Positions 54,439 to 63,741 are shown, numbered from the stretch's first letter. The stretch is 64,000 nucleotides of DNA from an uncultured Alphaproteobacteria bacterium (GCA_944389235.1 CALXLO010000002.1:54327-118326), one strand, 5' to 3'. The notes: generated from the letters alone by a model not told the origin. Numbers and translations: made by a program.

Positions 54439-55869
54439 ATGCTGAAAAAAATGCTGGTTTTGGCAACTTTGTTAACCGTGGTGCCGGGTATGACTTTCGC
54501 AGCAGATAAGTCAAAAAAAGAAGAACCTGTTGAGCATTTAACAGATGAAGAAATTTATGAACAATTAAAGAAATTGGCCTTGGTTTTTGAGGTTGCACGC
54601 GATAATTTCGTAGAAGAAGCGGATGAAAAAAAGATGCTAGAGGCTGCAATGAACGGCATGTTGGGGGCGCTGGACCCACATTCATCGTATTTGTCGGCTG
54701 ATGATTTCAAGGAATTTAATGATAAATCTTTGGGTGAATTTGGTGGTCTGGGCATTCAAATAACCAGCGACCGTGGCGCTGTGCGTGTTATTTCGCCAAT
54801 TGATGATACACCTGCGGACAAGGCCGGAATAAAGGCAGGCGATTATATTACGCATATTGATGATGAACAAGTGTTTGATATGACACTAAATCAAGCAGTT
54901 AAGAAAATGAAAGGCCGTCCGGGGACAAAAGTAAAACTGACCATTATTTCCGAAGGGCAAGAACCACGCACTTTGACATTAAAACGCGCAATTATCAAGG
55001 TAGAATCGGTTAAATATGAAGTAAAAACAATGCCTGGTGCCGACGAAGATACCGACGAAAAAATCGGATATATTCGCATATCTGATTTTGGTGCGACAAC
55101 CGCCAAAGAATTGAACAAGGCACTGGAAAAATTAGAAAAGAAAGATGTTATCGGATATGTGCTAGATGTTCGTAATAATCCAGGGGGATATTTAACTGCG
55201 GCAATTGATGTTGCAGACGCGTTTCTGGATGCTGGTGAAATTGTGTCCACCCGCGGTAAACGCAAGACGGATATTGAACGCAACTATGCGTCCCCAGGTG
55301 ATTTAGCCAATGGCAAGCCTGTTGTTGTCTTGATAAACCATGGTTCTGCATCTGCGTCAGAAATTGTTGCTGGGGCATTACAGGATAATGGACGGGCATT
55401 GGTTATGGGGTCGCAGTCATTTGGCAAGGGCAGTGTGCAACAGCAAAAGCCATTGGGCGATGGTACGGCAATTCATATAACTATTGCGCGGTATTATACG
55501 CCGTCTGGTCGGTCAATTCAAAACGAAGGAATTACCCCAGATATAGAAGTTCTGCAAAGTAAGATAGAGGTGTTGGAACGCAAAGAAAGCCTGTATTCCG
55601 AAGCGTCATTCAAAAATGCGTTGAAAAACGAAGAAGCAGAAAAGAAAAATAAAGGCAAATCAGACGATGATACAGAATTAACAGATGAAGAAAAAGATGC
55701 GCTGGATTACCAATTGCAACGCGCAATGGATATGGTGCGCGCAATGTCAAAATTGCAGTCTCGTGCAAATATTATACCTGCGTCGCCAGATGATGATTCA
55801 GATTTGAATGCAGATATTGCCGGCAATAATGCAGATGAATCAGAATCTGAAAAATCAGATAAAAAATAA
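54439..55869 (+). CDS. ctpA: Carboxy-terminal processing protease (S41, Ctp/Prc family)
   Basis: Signal peptide, PDZ region (GGLGIQI...PIDDTPADKAGIKAGDYI), and catalytic context GSASASEIVAGALQD...SFGKGSVQ. Acidic C-terminal tail. Confidence 0.9.
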   Translation: MLKKMLVLATLLTVVPGMTFAADKSKKEEPVEHLTDEEIYEQLKKLALVFEVARDNFVEEADEKKMLEAAMNGMLGALDPHSSYLSADDFKEFNDKSLGEFGGLGIQITSDRGAVRVISPIDDTPADKAGIKAGDYITHIDDEQVFDMTLNQAVKKMKGRPGTKVKLTIISEGQEPRTLTLKRAIIKVESVKYEVKTMPGADEDTDEKIGYIRISDFGATTAKELNKALEKLEKKDVIGYVLDVRNNPGGYLTAAIDVADAFLDAGEIVSTRGKRKTDIERNYASPGDLANGKPVVVLINHGSASASEIVAGALQDNGRALVMGSQSFGKGSVQQQKPLGDGTAIHITIARYYTPSGRSIQNEGITPDIEVLQSKIEVLERKESLYSEASFKNALKNEEAEKKNKGKSDDDTELTDEEKDALDYQLQRAMDMVRAMSKLQSRANIIPASPDDDSDLNADIAGNNADESESEKSDKK

Positions 55870-55873
55870 TAAA

Positions 55874-56488
55874 ATGGTTTGTGGTATGAAAAACGAATAT
55901 AAACGATATTTTTTGCAAGATTGGCAAATTTTTGATGCCTTTGATTTACCAAAGTATTTTTGTGTAAAGGGCGATTTAGATTTATCTGATATGGAACTGA
56001 CGAAATTACCCGACCTGTCAACTGTTATGATAATGGGGCGTTTTGATTGTTCGCATAATAATTTAACTAATTTAGCAGGCGGGCCGGTGGCGGCATCTGT
56101 TTATGATTGCAGTTATAATCAATTAAAAACATTGCGTTATGCACCAAAGAAAGTGGATGTTTTTGATTGCGCTGGGAATAAATTGATATCGCTGGCAGAT
56201 GGACCACAGTATGCAAATGTATATGATTGTTGTTATAATAACTTAGTTTCATTATATGGTGCACCGGCATTTGCACAGTATTTTTGTTGCTCTTATAATC
56301 TATTGACACGGTTGACGCATGGACCGCTGCGTACAGGAATATACGATTGTTCGCATAATCGTTTGCGTACATTACGCGGTATGCCACATACAGCCGTTGA
56401 ATTTGATTGTTCTTATAACGATTCTTTGAAATTCAAGCGTATACCAATGGGTATCAAACAGTTGATTAATAATCAGCATATCAGATAA
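55874..56488 (+). CDS. Leucine-rich-repeat protein built of about seven 20-residue repeats; no signal peptide
   Basis: Repeats (Y/F)DCSxNxLxxLxxxPxxxxx with 60-nt DNA periodicity over roughly 56040..56410. Start set at the ATG at 55874, just after the ctpA stop. Confidence 0.7.
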   Translation: MVCGMKNEYKRYFLQDWQIFDAFDLPKYFCVKGDLDLSDMELTKLPDLSTVMIMGRFDCSHNNLTNLAGGPVAASVYDCSYNQLKTLRYAPKKVDVFDCAGNKLISLADGPQYANVYDCCYNNLVSLYGAPAFAQYFCCSYNLLTRLTHGPLRTGIYDCSHNRLRTLRGMPHTAVEFDCSYNDSLKFKRIPMGIKQLINNQHIR

Positions 56489-56495
56489 TAAAAAA

Positions 56496-56513
56496 ACGGG
56501 GCGATACCCCGTT
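56496..56513. terminator. Bidirectional terminator between the LRR gene and the ClpP-like gene
   Basis: aacgggg-cgata-ccccgtt with A and T flanks. Confidence 0.8.
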
Positions 56514-56515
56514 TT

Positions 56516-57190
56516 TTATCGTTGTTTTTCATTACGCTTTATGAACAAACCATCATTAGTTAAAATCCAATCGCACATATTTTTTTTCATACATACATCA
56601 GCCGACAGTTGACTGTATTCAGCACGCTGGTATTTTAACAATTCTGATTTGGTCAGATTTGTATATTTCAAATATGGTTCATAGAAATTAGCGCGCATTT
56701 CTTTTTCGAATTTTGCGGCTTTGTCTATTTCTGTTGGTTTGTTTACAGAATATGTACTGCGACCATAATGAATTAAGTTATATGCCTGTTCGTACATAAT
56801 TCTGAATCCTGGGGTGCCCTGGATTGCAATCAGACTGGCACATGATGATGCGTCGCCCATAACAAATGTGCGAATAATTGCGCCCTTGGTGCGTGCAATA
56901 TTCAGCAGTGCCATAATGCTTTTTGTGACGGGTAAAGAACCGCCTGTTGAATCTATGTTTATATCTATGACCGGCGGAGTGTTTTTTGGCAGATTATATG
57001 GATTAACAATTGTGTCTGAATTTATTGATGCGTATGTGTGTCCCCAAGGCAAATCGTTAACCATATTGCTGATGTTGCCAATCAGTTCAGCGCAACTTTC
57101 TGTATCAATATGGTCCAAGATAAAAATTGTTCTACCGGCAATATAATTTGCGGATTTTGAATTGTTTATTATTTTTGCAGCATCTGACAT
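56516..57190 (-). CDS. Divergent stand-alone ClpP/crotonase-fold serine protease homologue
   Basis: Alignable by eye to ClpP: IDSTGGSLPVTKSIMALLN vs INSPGGxVxAGxAIxDTM; GDASSCASLIA vs GxAASMGxxLL; NLIHYG vs IMIHQP. It also has an insertion and an unrelated C-terminus. Confidence 0.6.
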   Translation of the reverse strand: MSDAAKIINNSKSANYIAGRTIFILDHIDTESCAELIGNISNMVNDLPWGHTYASINSDTIVNPYNLPKNTPPVIDINIDSTGGSLPVTKSIMALLNIARTKGAIIRTFVMGDASSCASLIAIQGTPGFRIMYEQAYNLIHYGRSTYSVNKPTEIDKAAKFEKEMRANFYEPYLKYTNLTKSELLKYQRAEYSQLSADVCMKKNMCDWILTNDGLFIKRNEKQR

Positions 57191-57331
57191 AATTCATCCT
57201 GTATGTAATGTTAGTTTTTTTTACTATATGGCACAAAAATATGTATTTGTCAAGTATTTTATATATCTTGCCTTGGGAATAAATTGGGGGTATGATATTG
57301 CGCGTATATAAAATTTTGTTAGGGGATAAAA

Positions 57332-60300
57332 ATGGCAAATTTAATTGTTGATGGTAACTGGGCGGCGGCAGATGTCGCATACAGATGTGTTGATTTTGCG
57401 GCAATATATCCGATTACCCCCAGCAGTACCATGGGCGAACTGGCAGACGAATGGTCTTTCCAGCACAAGAAAAATATATGGGGCGCAATCCCACAAATCA
57501 TAGAAATGCAATCCGAAGGTGGTGCCGCCGGCGCAATGCATGGTGCATTGCAAATGGGGTCGTTGGCAACTACATTTACCGCATCCCAAGGATTGCTGTT
57601 GATGATTCCGAATATGTATAAAATCGCGGGCGAGCAAACGCCGTTTGTTATGCATGTGGCGGCGCGCGCATTGGCAACACATGCGTTGTCTATATTCGGC
57701 GACCACAGCGATGTTATGTCTGTGCGACAAACTGGTTTTGCGTTGTTGTCCAGTCATAATGTACAACAAGCGCATGATATGGCGGCAATCGCACACGCGG
57801 CAACATTGCGTGCCCGTGTACCGTTTGTGCATTTCTTTGACGGATTCCGCACCAGCCACGAAGAATCGCGCCTGGACAGAATCAGTGATGATGTATTGCG
57901 TGAATTAATGCCAGATAATTTGGTCTTGCAAAATCGTGCGCGTGGAATGACACCTGACCACCCGACTGTGCGCGGTACAGCGCAAAATCCTGATGTGTTT
58001 TTTCAAAGTCGCGAAGCGGCAAATCCGCTGTATGTAAAAACACCTGAAATAGTCCAAGAATGTATGGATAAGTTTGCTAAATTAACAGGGCGGCAATATA
58101 AATTGGTTGACTATGTCGGTGATGCAAATGCAGAACATGTTATTGTCGCAATGGGCAGTGCGTGTGAAACCATAGAAGAAACATTGCCGTATTTGCCGGC
58201 TGGTTTGGGGCTGTTAAAGGTGCACTTGTTTCGTCCGTTCCCGCGTGATGCGTTCTTGGCGGTGTTACCCCGGACGGTAAAAAATATTGCCGTGCTGGAC
58301 AGATGCAAAGAACCGGGCAGTTTGGGCGAACCGTTATACCAAGATGTCAAAACTGTTGTCGGTGATTCTGCGGCGGTATTTGGGGGGCGTTATGGATTGG
58401 GCTCTAAAGAATTTAAGCCGCGTGATGTCAAGGCGATTTATGAAAATATGATGTTGGGTACAATACATCATAATTTTACGGTTGGTATAGAAGATGATTT
58501 GTCCGGCCTGTCATTAAAAACAGACCCGGCGTTTGCTGTCCAGGCACCAAATTTTAAAACTGCGATTTTATATGGTATTGGTTCTGATGGTACAGTTGGT
58601 GCCGTAAAAAATATTGTAAAAATCGTTGGTGAAAATTCTGATTTGTATCCGCAATCGTATGCAGTATATGATTCCAAGAAATCTGGCGGATTAACAGCGT
58701 CGCATGTGCGTTTTTCTGATGCGCCGATTAAAAGTCAATATCTGATAGAGGTTGCAGATTTTATCAGTGTGTCTAACTTTATGATTGCCCAGCGTTTTGA
58801 TATATTCAAGGGCTTGCGCGCTGGTGGCACTGTTATGATAAATACATCGTTGTCGCCAGATGACGCATTTGCCAATTTACCGCGTGAAAGTCAAGAACAT
58901 TTGATTCGGATGCATGCGCGTGTATTCTTTTTGAACGCAAATGCAGCGGCGGCTGAATTGGGACTGGGGAACAGAATCAATACATTTATAATGTTAAATT
59001 TCTTTAACTTAACGCATGTTATTGACCCATCTGTTGCCGCACAAAGTGCCAAGGTCGCAATTGAAAAAACATACAAGAAAAAAGGCATGAGTGTCGTAGA
59101 AGCAAACTGGGCGGCGGTTGATAAGGCTGCGGACTATTTGCACGAGTATACATTGCCGTCATCTGTATCAAATTTTGCGCCAGACTTTGTTCCGGCCATG
59201 ACATTAGATACACCGACAGAAATTGCGGGTACATTGGGCGAAATGGCCGCACAGCGTGGTGATGATTTACCTGTTTCGCGTTTTCGTGTTGACGGTGAAT
59301 TTGGTGCCGGTCAATACCCAGTTGGTACGGCAAAATATGAAAAACGCGCGATTTCTGAACGCGTTGCAGCGGTGGATTTAGAAAAATGTATCCAGTGTGG
59401 TAAATGTTCTATGTTGTGCCCGCATGCGGCAATTCGTATCAAGGTTATGACCCCAGAACAAGCGGAACAGGCACGCGCCGACGGGGTAATTGTTGTACCT
59501 GTTAAAACGCCGGAACTGGGTGCGGATATGTATTATACGCTGAATATTTCACCGGCCGATTGTACCGGTTGCGGAATTTGTGTTGAAAATTGCCCTGTGC
59601 ATGCGTTGGCGATGATTGCGTTGCAAGATTCCAGCGAACGCCAACAGGCATTTAATGCGGCGCAAAAAATACCTGATATTTCGCGTGAAAAGTTAAACTT
59701 GAATATTCCAAAGCATGTTGAATTGTTGCCACATTATTTTGAATTTCCCGGCGCATGTGCAGGGTGTGGTGAAACGCCATATATTAAAATGATGTCGCAC
59801 TTGTTCGGCAATCGTATGATTGTTGCAAATGCAACCGGTTGTTCGTCTATATATGGGGCAAATTTGCCGACAACACCGTGGACTGCGGATTCAGACGGTC
59901 GTGGACCAGCGTGGTCTAATTCGCTGTTTGAAGATAACGCAGAATATGGGTTGGGTATGCGAATCGCGTTAAATCAAAAACGCAATACATTAAAGGGATT
60001 ATTATTTGAATTAAATATCCCGAATGTAGAAGAAATGTTCGCAGAACGAAATCCAGATAAACAACGGGAAATAGAAGAAAAATTGCGTGCCCAGTTGGAT
60101 AAAATCGATTCGCCGCGCGCCGCGTTGGCACGCAGTCTGGTTGGCGAAATTGTTGACAAGTCTGTGTGGATTATTGGTGGCGATGGATGGGCATACGATA
60201 TCGGATACGGTGGACTGGACCATGTATTACACAGTGGTGAAAATGTCAATATATTGGTTCTGGATACCGAAGGGTATTCTAATACCGGTGGGCAACAGTC

Positions 60301-60838
60301 TAAGTCAACGCCATTTGGTGCCAGTATGAAATTCGCCATTGGTGGTAAAGAACATGCCAAAAAAGACCTGGGCATGATTGCAATGATGTCTGGTGCATAT
60401 GTTGCGCAGATTGCGTTGGGTGCAAATCAGGCCCAGGCGATTCGTGCATTCCGTGAAGCCGAAGCGTTCCCAGGACCGTCAATTATATTGGCGTATGCGC
60501 CGTGTATAGCACATGGGTTTGCGCTGCAAAACGCGGTTCAGCATGAAACGCAAATGGTAAATACTGGGGCGTGGCCATTGTATCGCTTTGACCCATCGTT
60601 AATCATTGATGGCCACAGTCCACTGACCATGGATTCAAATGTGGATAATCCGACACCACTGGAAGATTTCTTGAAAACAGAAAGTCGTTTTGGTGCTGCG
60701 CGTGCGGTTAACCCACATTTTGATAGATTGGTGGAAGAAGCCAAGGAAAATAATCATTATCGCAGTGAACTGAAAAAATACATTGCGCATTTTGCAATGA
60801 AAAATTCGCCAGAGGTTAAAGAAAACGGCGAAGGATAA
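57332..60838 (+). CDS. nifJ: Pyruvate:ferredoxin (flavodoxin) oxidoreductase, single-polypeptide type
   Basis: MANLIVDGNWAAADVAYRCVDFAAIYPITPSS..., two 4Fe-4S ferredoxin motifs (CIQCGKCSMLCP, CTGCGICVENCP), and a TPP-binding region (GGDGWAYDIGYGGLDH). 1168 aa. Confidence 0.95.
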   Translation: MANLIVDGNWAAADVAYRCVDFAAIYPITPSSTMGELADEWSFQHKKNIWGAIPQIIEMQSEGGAAGAMHGALQMGSLATTFTASQGLLLMIPNMYKIAGEQTPFVMHVAARALATHALSIFGDHSDVMSVRQTGFALLSSHNVQQAHDMAAIAHAATLRARVPFVHFFDGFRTSHEESRLDRISDDVLRELMPDNLVLQNRARGMTPDHPTVRGTAQNPDVFFQSREAANPLYVKTPEIVQECMDKFAKLTGRQYKLVDYVGDANAEHVIVAMGSACETIEETLPYLPAGLGLLKVHLFRPFPRDAFLAVLPRTVKNIAVLDRCKEPGSLGEPLYQDVKTVVGDSAAVFGGRYGLGSKEFKPRDVKAIYENMMLGTIHHNFTVGIEDDLSGLSLKTDPAFAVQAPNFKTAILYGIGSDGTVGAVKNIVKIVGENSDLYPQSYAVYDSKKSGGLTASHVRFSDAPIKSQYLIEVADFISVSNFMIAQRFDIFKGLRAGGTVMINTSLSPDDAFANLPRESQEHLIRMHARVFFLNANAAAAELGLGNRINTFIMLNFFNLTHVIDPSVAAQSAKVAIEKTYKKKGMSVVEANWAAVDKAADYLHEYTLPSSVSNFAPDFVPAMTLDTPTEIAGTLGEMAAQRGDDLPVSRFRVDGEFGAGQYPVGTAKYEKRAISERVAAVDLEKCIQCGKCSMLCPHAAIRIKVMTPEQAEQARADGVIVVPVKTPELGADMYYTLNISPADCTGCGICVENCPVHALAMIALQDSSERQQAFNAAQKIPDISREKLNLNIPKHVELLPHYFEFPGACAGCGETPYIKMMSHLFGNRMIVANATGCSSIYGANLPTTPWTADSDGRGPAWSNSLFEDNAEYGLGMRIALNQKRNTLKGLLFELNIPNVEEMFAERNPDKQREIEEKLRAQLDKIDSPRAALARSLVGEIVDKSVWIIGGDGWAYDIGYGGLDHVLHSGENVNILVLDTEGYSNTGGQQSKSTPFGASMKFAIGGKEHAKKDLGMIAMMSGAYVAQIALGANQAQAIRAFREAEAFPGPSIILAYAPCIAHGFALQNAVQHETQMVNTGAWPLYRFDPSLIIDGHSPLTMDSNVDNPTPLEDFLKTESRFGAARAVNPHFDRLVEEAKENNHYRSELKKYIAHFAMKNSPEVKENGEG

Positions 60839-60844
60839 ATAAAA

Positions 60845-60864
60845 ACGGGGCATTTGCCCCGTTC
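60845..60864 (+). terminator. Hairpin after nifJ
   Basis: aacggggc-attt-gccccgtt; the T-run is weak (ttctt). Confidence 0.6.
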
Positions 60865-60883
60865 TTGGTTATCTGTAATTTTC

Positions 60884-60929
60884 TATAAAAAAGTCCCCCC
60901 ATAGAGTGGGAATGAATGATATGGGGGGA
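60884..60929 (-). terminator. Minus-strand terminator-like hairpin in the nifJ-bamE spacer, with no annotated minus-strand gene upstream
   Basis: The minus strand reads tcccccca-(20 nt)-tgggggga followed by cttttttat. Confidence 0.5.
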
Positions 60930-61267
60930 TTACATAGAACTGACCCGCGTGTGAGAAACTTTTTTGGCACGCAAACCAATCCACAGGGTACCAATTATGG
61001 TATTGTCTGGGGGGATAACATAGAACAATCAATCAACAAGAAATTTTTGCGTGCACATCGAAATGACACTTTGTTTTTCGTCGCGACACCACACTATCAC
61101 ACTTGGACATTTTGTCCCGACGCTGTTGACCGGGTTCTCACACCCCATCAACGGAACACCCGTTGACGATTGTTATCATAGCCTGTTGATAAATATTTTG
61201 CAAGAGAAAATTCAAACAAAATCTTTTTATGTTGCGTCGGCTGGTGCTTTGGTGTAATGATATGTAT

Positions 61268-61696
61268 ATGAAAAAAATTGCGTTAATCTTTTTATTGGTT
61301 TTGACGGCGTGTTCGTTCCAGGTAAAACATCGTGGTTATGTGTTTCCGTCTGATTTAGAATCTGTGGTTGCGGATATAAAAACAACCAAACAATTAACTG
61401 AAAAAATTGGCTCGCCCCAGGTAAAGACTATCTATGGGGATGAAGTCTGGATTTATTACGGTGCAGATGAAAATTATCGTGGGCCTTTGCCGTTAAAGTA
61501 TGATAATAAAACGGTACTGTTGGCGTGGGTCGATGGCACACGGGTTATAAAAACAGATGTTTTACATGATGATGATTTACCTGATGTCATAATTTCCGAA
61601 GATGAAACAGAAATTCCGGCCGCTATTGAACTGAACGCATTACAGGAATTGTTTAATAACATTGGTCGTTTTTCGCCGGCGGGACTGGGACAATAA
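61268..61696 (+). CDS. bamE: Outer-membrane assembly lipoprotein BamE (SmpA/OmlA family)
   Basis: Lipobox LVLTAC after MKKIALIFLL. ...RGYVFPSDLESVVADIKTTKQLTEKIGSPQVKTIYGDEVWIYYG... is typical of BamE. Confidence 0.8.
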   Translation: MKKIALIFLLVLTACSFQVKHRGYVFPSDLESVVADIKTTKQLTEKIGSPQVKTIYGDEVWIYYGADENYRGPLPLKYDNKTVLLAWVDGTRVIKTDVLHDDDLPDVIISEDETEIPAAIELNALQELFNNIGRFSPAGLGQ

Positions 61697-61766
61697 TCTG
61701 CGGGGATAAAAGTCGTTTGCAAAAAACAAACAAACAGTGTAAAATAATCAATAAAGAGAAAAAGAA

Positions 61767-62327
61767 ATGAAAAAAATTTTAACTGCTTTATTGATGGTTG
61801 GTTTTGCAGCATTTGGTTCTGGTACAATAAATGCGGCGGACAGTTTTTCTTGCGGGCCAGGCTATATATTGGCATCACATAACGATGTTGATGATATTGA
61901 TGCGGCGGAATGCCAAAAATTGTGGTGTCGTGATTTAGAAACTGGTGATGTTATGGGAAACGGCGAACGCGCTAATAATGGGTACAAGTCTACTTCATAT
62001 CCGGTTGAACTATGTGATGCAGACGGTACATGTATCGAATGTTTCGGCGACAGGGTTTGGTGTGATGGTCAAGCGCCTGGGATATGGAACCCGGAATATG
62101 GCGCATATACATATAATGGTTCTGATGATGCAATGCATACATCATATAAAAAGGGTGGATGCTTTGCATGGAATACAACAGAAATCAGTTGTCCAATTGG
62201 ACAGATTGCCGTTCTGGATGGCGATGAATGGGTTTGTGCAACCCCCAGTGCGGGGAATGTTGTTGGCGACCGTGGTTCAACAATCCGTCGTACCAGCACC
62301 ACAACATTGCGTCGTGCAATAAGATAA
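61767..62327 (+). CDS. Small secreted cysteine-rich protein (186 aa) related by motif to the large Cys-rich proteins
   Basis: Signal peptide MKKILTALLMVGFAAFGSGTINA. The SCGPGYIL motif is shared with the 29853..33047 protein. 14 Cys. Basic T/S/R-rich tail ...RGSTIRRTSTTTLRRAIR. Confidence 0.7.
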   Translation: MKKILTALLMVGFAAFGSGTINAADSFSCGPGYILASHNDVDDIDAAECQKLWCRDLETGDVMGNGERANNGYKSTSYPVELCDADGTCIECFGDRVWCDGQAPGIWNPEYGAYTYNGSDDAMHTSYKKGGCFAWNTTEISCPIGQIAVLDGDEWVCATPSAGNVVGDRGSTIRRTSTTTLRRAIR

Positions 62328-62333
62328 TTAGTA

Positions 62334-62370
62334 AAAAAACAACCCTTCTTGTCAGGGTTGTTTTTTTTAT
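62334..62370. terminator. Bidirectional terminator
   Basis: aaaaaaacaaccct-tcttgtc-agggttgtttttttt. Confidence 0.75.
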
Positions 62371-62381
62371 TCCTGTATTGT

Positions 62382-63212
62382 TTACATGTGTTGTAATTGT
62401 TGCATGCAATTTATCAGGCTGGCGTGCCAATGTGGAATTTGTATTCCAAATGTTTGCATAATTTTTGTCTTGTCCAGCACGCTATAAAACGGTCTGGTTG
62501 CCGCCGTTGTATATTCAGACGATGGTATCGCATTAACCTGACATTTTGATTTTGCAATGTTCATTATCGCCGTGGCAAAATCGTACCAAGAACATACGCC
62601 CAGATTGGTATAATGATATATACCCGATGTGTTCCGGTTGATTTGTGGTAATATTTTTACAATAGCATCGGCTAAATCACCTGCAAAAGTTGGTGTACCG
62701 ATTTGGTCAGACACAACATTAATTGATTCTTTTTCTTGACCCAAACGCATCATAGTTTTTACGAAATTATTTCCATATTGCGAATAAAGCCACGCAGTAC
62801 GAATAATTATATATTCTGTTGAATATTTCATAACTGCCTGTTCGCCCGCCAATTTTGTTTTGCCGTATACAGATACAGGATTTGGCATATCCGATGGTGT
62901 ATACGGAATATGTCCTGTGCCATCAAAGACATAATCTGTTGATATATGTACAATTTTACGCCCTGTTTTTGCCAGATTTTTTGGACCTTCACAATTTATT
63001 TTTTGCGCAATATCAATATCTGTTTCTGCGCGGTCAACCGCTGTATATGCCGCACAGTTTATTATTGTGTCTATTTTGTTCCGGTTAACAAAATCTTGTA
63101 CAGAATTAAAATCAGTTATATCTAATTCAGATTTATCGGTTAAAATTGCATCTGGGATGCGTGCCGATAATTCGCGCCCCAGTTGCCCATTACATCCAGT
63201 TATCAGGAACAT
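62382..63212 (-). CDS. rfbD: dTDP-4-dehydrorhamnose reductase
   Basis: MFLITGCNGQLGRE... (Rossmann GxxGxxG), ...HISTDYVFDG..., ...YGKTKLAGE... Confidence 0.9.
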   Translation of the reverse strand: MFLITGCNGQLGRELSARIPDAILTDKSELDITDFNSVQDFVNRNKIDTIINCAAYTAVDRAETDIDIAQKINCEGPKNLAKTGRKIVHISTDYVFDGTGHIPYTPSDMPNPVSVYGKTKLAGEQAVMKYSTEYIIIRTAWLYSQYGNNFVKTMMRLGQEKESINVVSDQIGTPTFAGDLADAIVKILPQINRNTSGIYHYTNLGVCSWYDFATAIMNIAKSKCQVNAIPSSEYTTAATRPFYSVLDKTKIMQTFGIQIPHWHASLINCMQQLQHM

Positions 63213-63741
63213 CTTTTAATCCTTTGGCTATTCTATCTTTGTCCGAAGTAATAATTTTATCTGCTGGTATACGCCAGTCTATGCCGATTTCAGGGTCGTC
63301 ATATCTGATACCAAATTCTGATTCCTTGCAGTAAAAATTATCACATTTATATGCGAAAATAGCAGTGTCGCTAAGCACAGAAAAACCATGCAAGAAACCA
63401 CGCGGAATAAATAATTGACGCTGATTTTCCGCAGATAATTCAACGGCGACATGTTTTCCAAATGTTGGTGATGTGCGACGAATGTCAACGGCAACATCTA
63501 AAACACAGCCTTGCAGAACACGAACCAGCTTTGCCTGGGCGTGTTCACCCAATTGGCAATGCAAACCACGAATAACCCCATAGCATGATTTTGATTGATT
63601 GTCTTGGACAAATGTATTCGGAATGCCATTAGCGATAAATTCTGCTGCGTTATAACTTTCGAAAAAATAACCGCGATTATCAGTAAAAATCTTGGGTTCT
63701 ATGATAATTACACCATCAATGTCTGTTTTTATAAAATTCAT
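63190..63741 (-). CDS. rfbC: dTDP-4-dehydrorhamnose 3,5-epimerase
   Basis: ...IIEPKIFTDNRGYFFESYN...QDNQSKSCYGVIRGLHCQ...AKLVRVLQGCVLDVAVDIR..SPTFGKH... Start set at the internal ATG 63741. Confidence 0.9.
   Translation of the reverse strand: MNFIKTDIDGVIIIEPKIFTDNRGYFFESYNAAEFIANGIPNTFVQDNQSKSCYGVIRGLHCQLGEHAQAKLVRVLQGCVLDVAVDIRRTSPTFGKHVAVELSAENQRQLFIPRGFLHGFSVLSDTAIFAYKCDNFYCKESEFGIRYDDPEIGIDWRIPADKIITSDKDRIAKGLKDVPDNWM

Noticed and set aside
56040-56410. Regular 60-nt periodic repeats that could be mistaken for a CRISPR-like or tandem-repeat array
   Set aside because: The repeats are imperfect, in frame, and encode a 20-residue leucine-rich repeat protein. There is no repeat/spacer alternation and no cas genes. 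No CRISPR array was seen anywhere in the window.
60906-61166. 86-aa ORF in the nifJ-bamE spacer as a protein-coding gene
   Set aside because: It has a GTG start without a convincing RBS and an odd composition. The two 19-nt direct repeats inside it are out of phase with each other, which suggests non-coding sequence. It is kept only as part of the sRNA-candidate finding.
4557-62370. Recurrent terminator hairpin families (atcgccc/gggcgat, acggggc/gccccgt, atcccgc/gcgggat) as a REP/MITE-like dispersed repeat
   Set aside because: All sit exactly at gene 3' ends with A/T-run flanks and differ in loops and lengths. They are most simply convergent bidirectional terminators. Only the 7927 and 22996 pair is truly homologous, as part of the larger gene repeat.
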